64,000 nucleotides of DNA from the human T2T-CHM13v2.0 reference genome, Homo sapiens. Below the pieces are notes generated by a model. The model was not told where the DNA came from. It made no database searches and saw only the letters and a program-made list of their open reading frames with translations. Below are positions 52,808-64,000 of the stretch, piece after piece; within the stretch, counting starts at the first letter, position 1; the number at the start of each line of letters is the position of its first letter. The stretch spans positions 28,416,001 through 28,480,000 of the forward strand of contig CP068257.2 of the NCBI GenBank assembly GCA_009914755.4. Reading direction: 5' to 3'. A program made the translations under genes and the position numbers.

Positions 52808-55425
52808 TATGCAAGGTCCTATTGCATAACATGTGCTGTGGATATGTTCTCAGGCTGTGTGTGCCATTGTTGACACTTCCCTTTCAGCATCAGGACTCTG
52901 CTATTGTTAAGGAGGTTTGTTTTCTCCAACAGCCTTGACAAAACGATGGCTTGCTGCGTTCATTATTCATCTGGGAGAGCTCCAGTTCTGTGTCTTGCAA
53001 ATCTGAGAGTTCAGCCGTGTGTGTCCAGCGCTTGTTTTTCTCTCTGTGCCCTGCACTGATGGGAAAGCAGGCTCCGCAGTCTCTAATGAAGAAGGGCAAT
53101 GTCCTGCTGGGTACAATGGAGAGAGAAAAATATCACAGGAACTGTAGCTCCATATAAGGCCTTCATTTAACCTCTTCATTAGCCACCTCATGCTCACTAT
53201 CAAGTGTGTTACAAAAGGATTGAGTCTTCCTGACTATGCTTTTGGAGTCAATTTAAAAAAAAAAAAAAACTGTTCCTTGCTAGTATAAGAATTACATTAT
53301 CTTGATCTAAAATATTTTTTGAACCTATTCAAAGAAGACTATGCTTTTAACTGAACGTTTTGTCCTTCTGGTTCCCCTTACAAACCTGAGAGAGAATTTT
53401 CAGAAAATGGGAGGTTAGGAAATAGGGCTGTATTGATATGAAGGCCAGGTGGTCATAGGCAGGGACTTCAGAGGATCCAGTGAATAAGAGACTCTGTAAC
53501 AGTGTTAAATGCTTAATCTTCCTGAAGACATTGATGTCACACGTACTAAAATCTATAGAAGTAGTGGTAGAGGGCAGCAAATAAGTTTCTTCATTGAAAA
53601 GGTGGCATGGAAGCTCACTGGGTTACAGAGAGTAAAACGGATGCCGGTGTACGGGAGCCCGAGAAGCAAGTGTTACAAGCTGTTAGCACTGTAATGACCC
53701 AGAAGCTAACAGCCCACAAAGAAGAAGCATGCAGAGATCTCAATGTCTTGGGTGATAGCAAGAGTCAGAGATAAACTCTGAAACTGTGTGGTAGCAGCAA
53801 AGACTGTAATCCTCTTAGGAAGAAATCTAGGCACCTATTCAACCTAGAGTGCAAAAACATGGCAGCCAGAAGAGCTACATTTGGGAACACATAAAAGCCC
53901 TTTGGAAAAGCCATGGCATGGGCAGTGTTTGATCCAGGTAGCGCTTTCCGTGAGTCTGGTAGCATGAACACGGCATGGTGTGATACAGAAGACCGACGTG
54001 GTTTTGAGGCTTCCTTTCTGCTATATTTTCAAGCTGGTAGAGATTAGTAAAATATAGCCTACCATAATAAAGTAATAGCATAATTTAGCATCGATGTAAT
54101 GGAAAATGTCCCCGTTTTATGTTTTGTGGAAACAAAAGGTTTACATTGATATTAATCCCTTAATTTTATTAGTTTGGAGTCTCCCTCTAGATATTTCAGA
54201 ATTTAATTTCTTTTCTCAGAGTTTCCCTCAATTGTATTTAGGAAAACCTCTTATGTTTTCTTCTTAGAAGCCAAGAACAATAAGGAACGTTCTGGAAATA
54301 ATTGACTAAAGCCACTATGCTAGTTCCTCCATGAGTAAGCTGTTCAGCCAGGTAGAATGACATTCCCATGATTCCACTGAGCAAAGTATTTCTCTAGAGG
54401 TAGCTACCTAGATGTTTCAGGCTGGCACGGTTCTATGATAAACTATGGTTGGATGGAGGGAATGACCCACTGCTTGACTGTAACTTAAAGGTTCTCATCT
54501 AGACTCTAGAAGGCAGCAGTTCTAAGTCTGTGTGTTTCCATTCCCTTGTCCAACAAATCCTGTAGTTTTATCCAATATCTTTCTTCCTATATGCGATCAG
54601 AACAAGACTCTCGGATTAAAAGAAAAACAAAACAAAAAGAAATCAGTCTGTTCTGCCTTGAAATCACCTTTCTAGTGTACCTAAGCCTGAAACAAGAAGA
54701 ATAACAATGTCATCATCAACAAACACCTGTACTCTCCCTGACAAAAACATATATTAATTAAAGAAGACTAAAACAAAACAAAATACAAAAGAAAAACAGA
54801 GACCTTCTCCATTATAGCATAGAAAAATCTTAGGGTGGAATAGGGTCTTCCTTTTCTTAAATTCAAATAGCTTCTGCTTAGGCTCACTGAAGCTCACCTT
54901 GCTTACCTAAAGTAGCTCACTTTAACTCTGATTTCTCTCATACTGTTTATACACTGAATGTATAAACTTAGTCTTCTTAGTCCGGTTTCCTTGATTTTGA
55001 TTTCTTTTTTTCCTGCTTTTCTTATCTCACTGCAGCATTCTCCTCTTGTTTGAAGTTTCTCCTTTATCAATTTCTATGTATTATTTTCTGTAACATATGC
55101 ACTTGAGAACAACTTTAATACTTGAAGTCTCCTGTGTGCCTGTAGATCAGGAAAAATTCTAGGTTATGAGTAATGGAAAAAATTCAAGATTTCTTACAGT
55201 GAAAAGGGAAAGGCTGGGAAAAACAGGCAAAATATGAAGAGTTCTAGAGTGTTTATTTTTCTCATAATAAAGTTCATGTTCATAAAAATGTCTGGATTAA
55301 CTGGCACTGCTTTTGTGAACTTGATCTCCAACCAGCTTCTTATTGTTATAAAATATACTCAGGATTCAAAGTCTAGAGGGAAAGCCTGAGCTTGCCTAAT
55401 CCTCATTCAAATGCTTGCTACCTGA

Positions 55426-55738
<313 letters not shown>

Positions 55739-55763
55739 ATCTTCCCATTTGAAATGGTCACTA

Positions 55764-56191
<428 letters not shown>

Positions 56192-56214
56192 TATAAAATA
56201 ACTATTTTATAAAA

Positions 56215-56397
56215 ATTGCTGAGTAAGATGGCACATGTCTGTAGTCCCAGCTACTAGGAGGCCGAGGTGGGTGCATTGCTTGAGCCCAGGAGTTTGAGGC
56301 TGCAGTGAGCTACAATCACACCACCGTACTCCAGCCTGGGTGACAGAGCAAGACCTTGTCTCAAAAAAAAAAAAAAAAAAAAAAGAAAGAAAGAAAA
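56215..56397 (+). mobile_element. 5'-truncated Alu (right half) with a poly-A/(AAAG)n tail
   Basis: aagatggcacatgtctgtagtcccagctactaggaggccgaggtgggtgcattgcttgagcccaggagtttgaggctgcagtgagctacaatcacaccaccgtactccagcctgggtgacagagcaagaccttgtctcaaaaaaaaaaaaaaaaaaaaaagaaagaaagaaaatg. Confidence 0.9.
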
Positions 56398-57142
56398 TGA
56401 CCATGGCCATTACTTCCAAAGTCTATACATAAAAAGGATTCCTTCAAGAGGAATATTGAATAATAAGAAAGATTTGGTATTGAATGGCTAAAAACTGGCA
56501 ATTACTCACCAAAAATGTAATTTTAATTGTACTTTATTATGGAAAATATTATACAACTATCAAATATATTATTAAACATTTTAAAAATTTGATTAGATGT
56601 TCTGTCTTTAGCATCCAACTAAATAAAGCTTGCATGATTATTATCAGACTAAGGGAAATTTTAGTATAAACACCTGTACATCTTTAACATTTCTCTTTTT
56701 CATATAAACTTCATAATAACTATTTTCATAGTTATAATATTTTATCAAATAGATAAGATATAATTTGCTTATAATCTACCACCTCAGCCCAGGCTCACGG
56801 TGTCAAACACAGGCTAATATTTATTTATTTTGTTGACATGGATAATAATATAAAAACTATTTTTATTTATATAGTCCTTTTCCTACTTTTAGATTATAAG
56901 ATAATCTCCTACAGGAGAAATTACAGTGTTAAATGTCGTAAACATGTTAAACCTTGATCAGTATTGGTACATTACTTTCTAAATACATTCAACATTTCTA
57001 AGCTTGTTTTGAATAAGGCTGTGCAAAAATAAGGTAGATAAAATGGCTGAAACTTCAATTAAGGGAATAGATGTACTATATATGGCCATAGAGAGAAAGA
57101 GAAGCTGCTTGCCTTAAGCTCTACAGAGGGCTCAACAAGCTT

Positions 57143-57166
57143 ACACACACACACACACACACACAC
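57143..57166. repeat. (CA)n microsatellite
   Basis: acacacacacacacacacacacac. Confidence 0.9.
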
Positions 57167-58119
57167 TCCCATTACACTATAAAGAAAAATAATCTGCATC
57201 TGATATATGGTATAGTTGTATGATAATCTTGGCAGAAATCTGGACTTAATGCTCATAAGTAGTAACATGCTAGCACTTCATTACATATTATTGACTTTGA
57301 CTCATATTTGCTGCAAAAAAATATTCCAAAACCATTTGCAACTGAATAAAGCATTCAGTTTGCATGTTGGGAAAACTATTAAAAGTCGCTGCATGAAATT
57401 AAGGAAACCTCTGAGTTTATGAGGCTGCTTATCACATTTAAAGTTGACAGTATGGTTCTTAGGAGGCAGCAGAATGATTATGGTAAAACACTGTAGGTAG
57501 TAAGAGAACTTAAATGCCAAAGATCATTTTACCCAGGAAAAGAGGTAGAGAGGGAGTAATGAAACTAAAGGCTAGACCTAAAACTTCAAGCTTTATTCTT
57601 TCAGAGCAATTTCCTTTTTTTAAATGTACAGAAAAAGAAGTACTTAAAATAATTAATAGAACATTCTGTAAGTAATTCAATTATGCTAAAATTACTTTGA
57701 CTGTCTCTCTGCACTCTCACAGTATTTGGGTAGGTTCACATAGGATGAAGAAGAGAATTCTAAGTCAGAATGTTAAGAGTTAATGTTTCCTTTAAATACC
57801 AGAGCTTGCCTTTGTGATTTATGAAAATGGAACAAGATTGTGGGATCTTTGAAAATAGAGTCAATATCATATTTATTCAATATTCTTTTTTTTTGACCCA
57901 GCTCTATATTTATTTAAAAGACTGTTTCTCCACTGTTCTGCAGTACGGCATTCATCATGAAGTCAGCATTCATATGTGATCAATACGTTCTCTGTTCTTT
58001 TCAACTTCAGTCAATTTGCCCATCTTTGCGTCACTATCACACTATCTTTACTTCGATAGCTCTACAGGTCTTAATATCTGGTTGAATAAATTCTCCATAG
58101 TTGTTTTTCTTTCTCAAAA

Positions 58120-59290
58120 ATTTGTTTAACAGCTTTATTGAGCTATAACTCACATACCATAAAATTCATCTATTTAAATTATACAATTGAATTTATATGA
58201 TGTATAGTTATAGATATGTGCAACCATGACTACTCCTAGTTTTAGAACATTTTCATCACCACATGAAGAAATCTTGTACTTTTAAGTTATCAGCCCCTAC
58301 ATTCCCATCCTTTCTCCAGCCCTAAGCAACTCTAATCTACTTTCTATCTCTATTCTGGACTTTCATATGAATGTAATTATATACTGGACTTTCATATTAA
58401 TGTATATAATTAAGTAATATAATATGATTATATAATGTGTGATCTTCTGTAATCGGCTCCTTTCACTTTGCCTGGTTTCAAGGTTCATCCATATTGTACC
58501 ATGTATCAGTACTTTCTTTTTTATGGAAAAATTACATTCCATTTTATCATAGTCTACATTTTGATTATCCATTTATTCGTTGATGGACATTTGAGATGTT
58601 TCTACCTATTGGCTATTAATACTGAATAATACTGTTATAAACATATGTGTACGTGTTTTCATTTGTACATATAGGTTTCATTTCTCTTGGGTATGTACGA
58701 AGGACGAGAATTGCTGGGTCATATGGTAGCTCTATGTCTAATTGTTCACAGAACTGCCAGATGTTTTTCATCCCCATTTCCCAGCAACAATGTATAGGGA
58801 CTCAATTTCTTTATATCATCACAAACACTTGTTATTATCTACTTTGATTCTAGCCATCCCAGTTCGTAAGAAGTATTATCTCATTGTGGTTTTTATTTGC
58901 ATTTCTCTGATGACTAATGTTGTTAAGTATCTTTTTATGTGCTTATTAGCCAGTTGTGTATCTTCCTTGGAGAAATGTCTATACAAATACTTTGCACTTT
59001 TTAAATTGTGTTTTTAATTATTGAGTTGTAGAGTTCTTTGTATATTCTGGATATAAGTTTTCTATCATATATAATTTGCATATATTTTCTATTATTTGGA
59101 TTGTCTTTTCACTTTCCTGACAGTGCCTTTTGAAAAACAGAAGTTTTTAATTGTGATAAAGTCCAATTTTTCTATTTTTTCTTTTGTTGATTATGCTTTC
59201 GGTGTCATATCTAAGAAACTTTTGCCAAATGTAAGATCATAAACATTTACCCATGTGTCTTTTGTCTTTTTCATTCTTGCATACAAATAT
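58120..59290 (-). mobile_element. Ancient LINE-1 (L1M-type, e.g. L1MA/L1MB) 3' end, antisense
   Basis: ttaacagctttattgagctataactcacataccataaaattcatc...caaccatgactactcctagttttagaacattttcatcaccacatgaagaaatcttgtac...ttcaaggttcatccatattgtaccatgtatcagtactttcttttttatgg...ccatttattcgttgatggacatttgagatgtttctacc...gtttcatttctcttgggtatgtacgaaggacgagaattgctgggtcatatggtagctctatg...cccagcaacaatgtatagggactcaatttc...ctcattgtggtttttatttgcatttctctgatgactaatgttgttaagtatctttttatgtgcttattagccagttgtgtatcttccttggagaaatgtctatacaaatactttgcac...gagttgtagagttctttgtatattctggatataagtt. This is a point-by-point match to the L1M 3'-end consensus in reverse complement. Confidence 0.85.
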
Positions 59291-60514
59291 AATTTCTTAC
59301 ATAATTAAAATATGCTTAATGCATGCATATTAAAAATGTAATTACTAGAACATCAAAGAGGATGAATGTTAAAAGTATGTTAATTGCCACTGTAGAATAT
59401 TCAGGTTGTTTTCTGTGTTTAACTACTCTTATACGAAAAAATATAAGGGTTCAGGTATATTGCTAGTATGCTTTGGTCTTCTTTACCAAACCTTCAATTA
59501 GATGAAAATAATTTGTATAACCCCCAAGCTAAAAGATTCAAAATAGTATTTTCAAAATGTGAAAGCTTAGTTTTGTTAACTTAATTTTCCTTAAAAGCAT
59601 CACAATGAATTCATTGATTTTTCTAAAAAAAAAACTCATTCCTTGGACTATGTTAACTTTTAAAATGTTTACTAAAACCAGTGTGTTTAATAAGAGCATG
59701 ACTTACATAATTTATTTAATCCCTATTAGTATATTATTCCTGGATTTCTCTTAAAAATAAAAGCAAAATTATTTAAGTTATAAACATGTTATAAACATAT
59801 GTGTACTTTTTTTTGTACATTGTCATTTTTATAATCTTATTTTCAGGTTATATTAGGGTTTATTCATTTTGGGGTAAGAAGGCATAAAATATAAGAAAGC
59901 AAAAATTATAAAAAAGATGGGTGAATGAATGAATAGCTGATACCATGAAAGAGGGAATAATCCATAAATTATATAGATATATATATTCTTAAGTAATTAA
60001 ACTTATGAGAGTATTTTTTCCTCTGTCCAATTTCATTTACATTTGGATAAATCTAACTGGAAAGCACAGTTTATGAATTTTACTGTACAGCAATGAGCAA
60101 CTAGATTGTAAAAGATAATAAACTCAACACATAGCCTATCCCATGTCAGAATCAGGTTTAATGTTGAATGTTGCATTTTAAAAATGACAAATTCAAATAA
60201 ATATTTACAAAGAAGGATTGACAGAATGTAAACATTCTAGAAAATATTTTATAGAGGAAGAGTTGAAGAAATAGGAGTGTTAATGTAACTAATAGATGAC
60301 TTCAGGAAACATAATGGCTCTTTTACATTTTTGAAGAATAGCCCAATAGAAGATTGAGTTATATTCATAACTAAAGAGAATTTAGAGTTAATACATAAAA
60401 ATTATAAAACGATGGTTTTGCCAACATAAAGATTTTTATAATATTTTCCAAAGTTGTAGAGTGACTCAGGTTGCAGAAACAAGACTCTGAACTCTTCTAC
60501 ATAGATATTCTTAC

Positions 60515-60614
60515 GTAGTGTGTGATGCTTCTGACCAGGCGGCGTTGGTGTTTGTTCCACCCGTAGGCCCTAGGATTCCATAACACGTTGTTGTTAGATC
60601 CTCCGTTAAAATGT
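60515..60614 (-). other. Candidate 100-nt exon of an unidentified gene on the minus strand (low-moderate confidence)
   Basis: On the minus strand, catttctatgtgtcttcag|ACATTTTAACGGAGGATCTAACAACAACGTGTTATGGAATCCTAGGGCCTACGGGTGGAACAAACACCAACGCCGCCTGGTCAGAAGCATCACACACTAC|gtaagaat. That is a pyrimidine tract plus AG acceptor and a near-consensus gtaaga donor. There are six CpGs in 100 nt within AT-rich, CpG-depleted surroundings. Two frames are fully open (HFNGGSNNNVLWNPRAYGWNKHQRRLVRSITHY and ILTEDLTTTCYGILGPTGGTNTNAAWSEASHTT). Confidence 0.3.
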
Positions 60615-61985
60615 CTGAAGACACATAGAAATGAATTGTTTCAGTCACTATTTTTCTGAAAGTGAAACCACATTACTGAAATATATTATTTTTTGTCCTA
60701 TATGAGGCACAATACCATGACCACCTGTTCGTAGAATGCATCTAACCCAGTCTTTGTTATTTACGGGGTTTGATGATACTTCTGATGCAATTGAAGAGGT
60801 GAAAAAAATGTTCTATATTTTCAGTGCCAATGAAGCTTAAAATAGTTGGAATTTTATGAAGTACTCAGTTTTCTGACAAGAACCCGCTGAAGAGTCTCCT
60901 TAGTGCATCTTCATACTGATAGCTGGAGACTTTGAACACCAAGGCTATGTATGACTTCCCTTGGAGAGACAATTTTAGTGTGGTGGGTACACTCCAAATT
61001 GAACCTGTACTTTTGTAGAGGGAGTGCCAATTCTTCAACAATATTCTCTGTTACATGTAGCTTATAGATGATTATTTTTGCCTAATGTAAAATCAAATGA
61101 ACACGTGCGTAACTTTTTTCTTTTTCTTTTATTTCTTCTGTTTCCTCACTCTTTCCTTCTTTCTCCTTTTTTTAGTTAGTAATTTTTTTATTACCCTGGT
61201 GAGATTAAACCTGGGGCAAAGAATTATTTTTACTTCAATAGTTGGGGTAAATAAATGCATATAGAAAAATAGACACATTTATTTTTGATACAGATGTCTA
61301 AAACTGTCAAGGATATAGACTGAAAAGGAGAAAAAAAACCCAAAACTCAAATTTGTGGCCAACTCAAACTTGAGAAGACCGAATCTGTTTTGTTCCTGAA
61401 AAAGAACTAGTGAAGAGATTGTTGAGATTTTATACTTCCAGGACAAGTATCTAGGATAGTTTTTTTACTTGCAAGGCAGTGGAAACAATATGTGAAAATA
61501 TATATGAAAAATTAAAATTATGTATCTAATAATGAAGCTGGATAGTACTAAAGTTATAATGTGTGCTTTCGAGTTAAACTACCGTATTTGATACCATGTT
61601 CCAACATTCTTTTATTTTTGTAGATCAGCTACTTAAGTTCTCTGTGCCTCAGTTTTCTTATCTGTAAACTGTAAGTAATAGTAGTACTTGTTACATTGGA
61701 TATTATGAGGACCAAACAAAATAACAGATTTATCTAAAACTAATAGCTTATAAAACTCTTAGAAACATGTATGACACATAAAAATTGCTCACCACGTGTT
61801 AGTTATTATTTTCTACTATTTTAATGCAAAGAGTTACAAATATATATTATTTGCTTTTTCACTCTGAAAACTCTAAGGATAAAGTTAAATACATTAATCA
61901 CTCATCAGACTTATTTATGCTCAGGTCGCTGGAACACTAAGTTAGTTCTCAGTCTTCTGAATATAGATGCGTCGGAAGAGACTCT

Positions 61986-62353
61986 GCAGTAGTTTGCTAG
62001 GGCTACCATAACAAAGCAACAAAGACTCAGTGGCTCAAACAACAAAAATTTGTCCAAGATCAAGGTATCAGCAAGTCTGGGTTCTTCTAAGGGCTTTGTC
62101 CTTGGCTTGAAGATGACTACCTTCTCCCTGTGTCTTCACATACCTTCCCTCTATACGTGTTTGTGTCTTGATCTCCCCTTCTTAAAGGACACTCATCTTA
62201 TTGGATTAAAATTCACCTGTACAACCTCTTTTTAACCTACCTACCTCTTTACACATCCTGTCCCCAAATTCAGCCACATTATGAGGTTCTGAAGGTTAGG
62301 ACTTCAACATATGAATGTGGGGGTTAACAGGGAACAATTCAGCCCATAGCAGT
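61986..62353 (-). mobile_element. MaLR solo LTR (MLT1/MST-type), antisense
   Basis: gcagtagtttgctagggctaccataacaaagcaacaaagactcagtggctcaaacaacaaaaatttgtccaagatcaaggtatcagc...cttcttaaaggacactcatcttattggattaaaattcacctg...cagccacattatgaggttctgaaggttaggacttcaacatatgaatgtgggggttaacagggaacaattcagcccatagcag. Confidence 0.55.
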
Positions 62354-63049
62354 CTCCATGGGTGATGAGATGCTAGAGTTGAGTATGTTAGGATTGGAAC
62401 AGAATTAACCAAAACAGTACATTCAAGGTGTGGCCCAGGGAGCCCCATGAGAATGTCAGTTTGATTAATGGCAGGAAGGCAGCCTCTATGGCAGAGCTCA
62501 GAGGAGCTGTGGGGACATGCTTAGCAAATTATGTACAGCTGTAATTTGTAGGGGTCTTGAGAAGCCTCACCAAGAATAAACATCTAGATTGGCCATGGGC
62601 ATTAACCCATTCTGCAGGCATTAATGAAGGATATGGGGATGCCAAGGCCTGAAATAAGTTTTAAAGTGTAGAAAATTTCTGAATTTTTTAAGGCAATATA
62701 CTTCAAAATAAGTGGTGAAATTCACAAACTTTGTTAAAGCTAAAGTGGAATACAGAGCCTAGCTTAATAATTTGCATCATCACAAAGGGATTTGGATAAA
62801 AGCTTGATGAGTTAAATTTAACACTTTGAAGATATTGCAGGTTTAGTTCTATTCTAGACTACTGCAATAAACCAAATATCACAATAAAACAAATCATTTG
62901 AACTTTTTTATTTTCTCATGCTTATGAAAGATATGTTTATACTATACTGAAGTCTAATAAGTATGTAATAGAATTATGTCTAAAAACAGTGTAGATTTCT
63001 TAATTAAAGTAATTTGTTACTAAAAAAAAATCTAAGAATAGTCACAGCC

Positions 63050-64000
63050 TTTAGTGAATCATAACCATTTTTCTGGTGTAGGGTCTTGCTTTGATGTTGA
63101 TGACTGATGACTACTCAGGGTGGTGTTTGCTGAAGGCTGGGTTGGCTGTGGCAATTTTAAAAAAAAACACAACAATAAGATTTGTAGCAGTGACTGAATC
63201 TTCCTTTCATGAAAGATTTCTCTGTAGCATGTGATGCTGTTTGATAGAATGTTGCCAACAGTAGAACTTCTTTTAAAATGAAAGTCAATCCTCTCAAGCT
63301 CTGTCACTGTCTTATCAACTAAGTTGATGGAATATTCTCAATCCTTTGTTGTCATTTCAGCAATATTCACAGCATCTTTGCTAGAAGTAGATTGCATTTC
63401 CAGAAATCGCTTTCTTTGCTCATCCATAAGAAACAACTCCTCATCTGTTAAAGTTTTATAAAGAGATTACAGCAATTCAGTCACGTTTTCAGGCTTCACT
63501 TCCAATTCTAGTTCTTTCATGCTTTTCACCACATCTGCAGTTACTTCCTCTACTGAAGTCTTGAACTCTTCCAAGTCATCCCATGAGGGTTGGAATCAAT
63601 CCCTTTCAAAATCCTGTTATTGCTGATATTTTGACCTCCTCCGTGAATCATGAATATTTTTAATGACATTTAGAATGATGAATTCTTTTCAGAAGGTTTT
63701 CAATTTACTTTGCTGAGATCCATCAGAGAAATTGCTATAGTAGCTATGGCCTTACAAAATGTATTTCTTATGTAATAAGACTTGAAAGTTGAAATTACTT
63801 CTTAATCCATGGGCTGAAGAATCGATGTTCTGTTAGCAGGCATAAAAATTAACATTAATCTCCTTGTACATCTCCATCAGAGCTCTTGGGTGACCAAGTA
63901 CATCATCAGTGATCAGTGACATTTTGAAAGGAATCTTTGTGAGCAGTAGGTCTCAACATGCACTTAAAATATTCAGCAAGCCATGCTATAAACGGATGCA
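63050..64000 (-). mobile_element. Tigger1 (TcMar-Tigger / pogo-like) DNA transposon fragment, transposase-coding part, antisense; continues past the window end
   Basis: The reverse complement reads as Tigger1 internal sequence (...cttcagcccatggattaagaagtaatttcaactttcaagtcttattacataagaaatacattttgtaaggccatagctactatagcaatttctctgatggatctcagcaaagtaaattgaaaaccttctgaaaag...ggaagagttcaagacttcagtagaggaagtaactgcagatgtggtgaaaagcatgaaagaactagaattggaagtgaagcctgaaaacgtgactgaattgctg...). The minus-strand ORF 63059..63307 (MTELERIDFHFKRSSTVGNILSNSITCYREIFHERKIQSLLQ...) is a transposase-derived remnant. Confidence 0.75.

Overview
This window is primate (human-like) nuclear genomic DNA, not a prokaryotic locus. 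It is AT-rich and CpG-depleted, and it is densely populated with interspersed repeats whose signatures are unmistakable.

Repeats present:
- At least 13 Alu/FLAM copies, several with intact target-site duplications (TSDs) and poly-A tails.
- Five LINE-1 3'-end fragments on both strands.
- A full-length THE1 (ERVL-MaLR) element with both LTRs, a 5-bp TSD and a decayed internal ORF.
- Several MaLR solo LTRs (THE1/MST- and MLT1-type).
- A MIR SINE.
- A MADE1 mariner-derived palindromic MITE.
- A Tigger1 DNA-transposon fragment at the right edge.
- Multiple dinucleotide microsatellites.

Nearly every entry in the supplied six-frame ORF track is a chance ORF or a translation through a repeat. That includes LINE-1 ORF2 remnants, the THE1 internal ORF, Alu read-throughs and a 191-aa ORF that is an artefact of a minisatellite. 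No bacterial-style genes, operons, CRISPR arrays or defence systems are present.

The parts worth a second look:
- A 21-bp-unit minisatellite of about 29 copies (14962..15566) that grew out of one copy of a roughly 140-bp local duplication.
- Two short CpG-retaining, ORF-open segments flanked by canonical splice-site motifs (47868..47932 on +, 60515..60614 on -) that behave like exons of an unidentified gene.
- A roughly 1.1-kb CpG-retaining block (35150..36300).
- A MADE1 palindrome that is a candidate mir-548-family hairpin.
- A tight cluster of four Alus that includes an inverted pair.

All coordinates were located by eye and may be off by a few bases.
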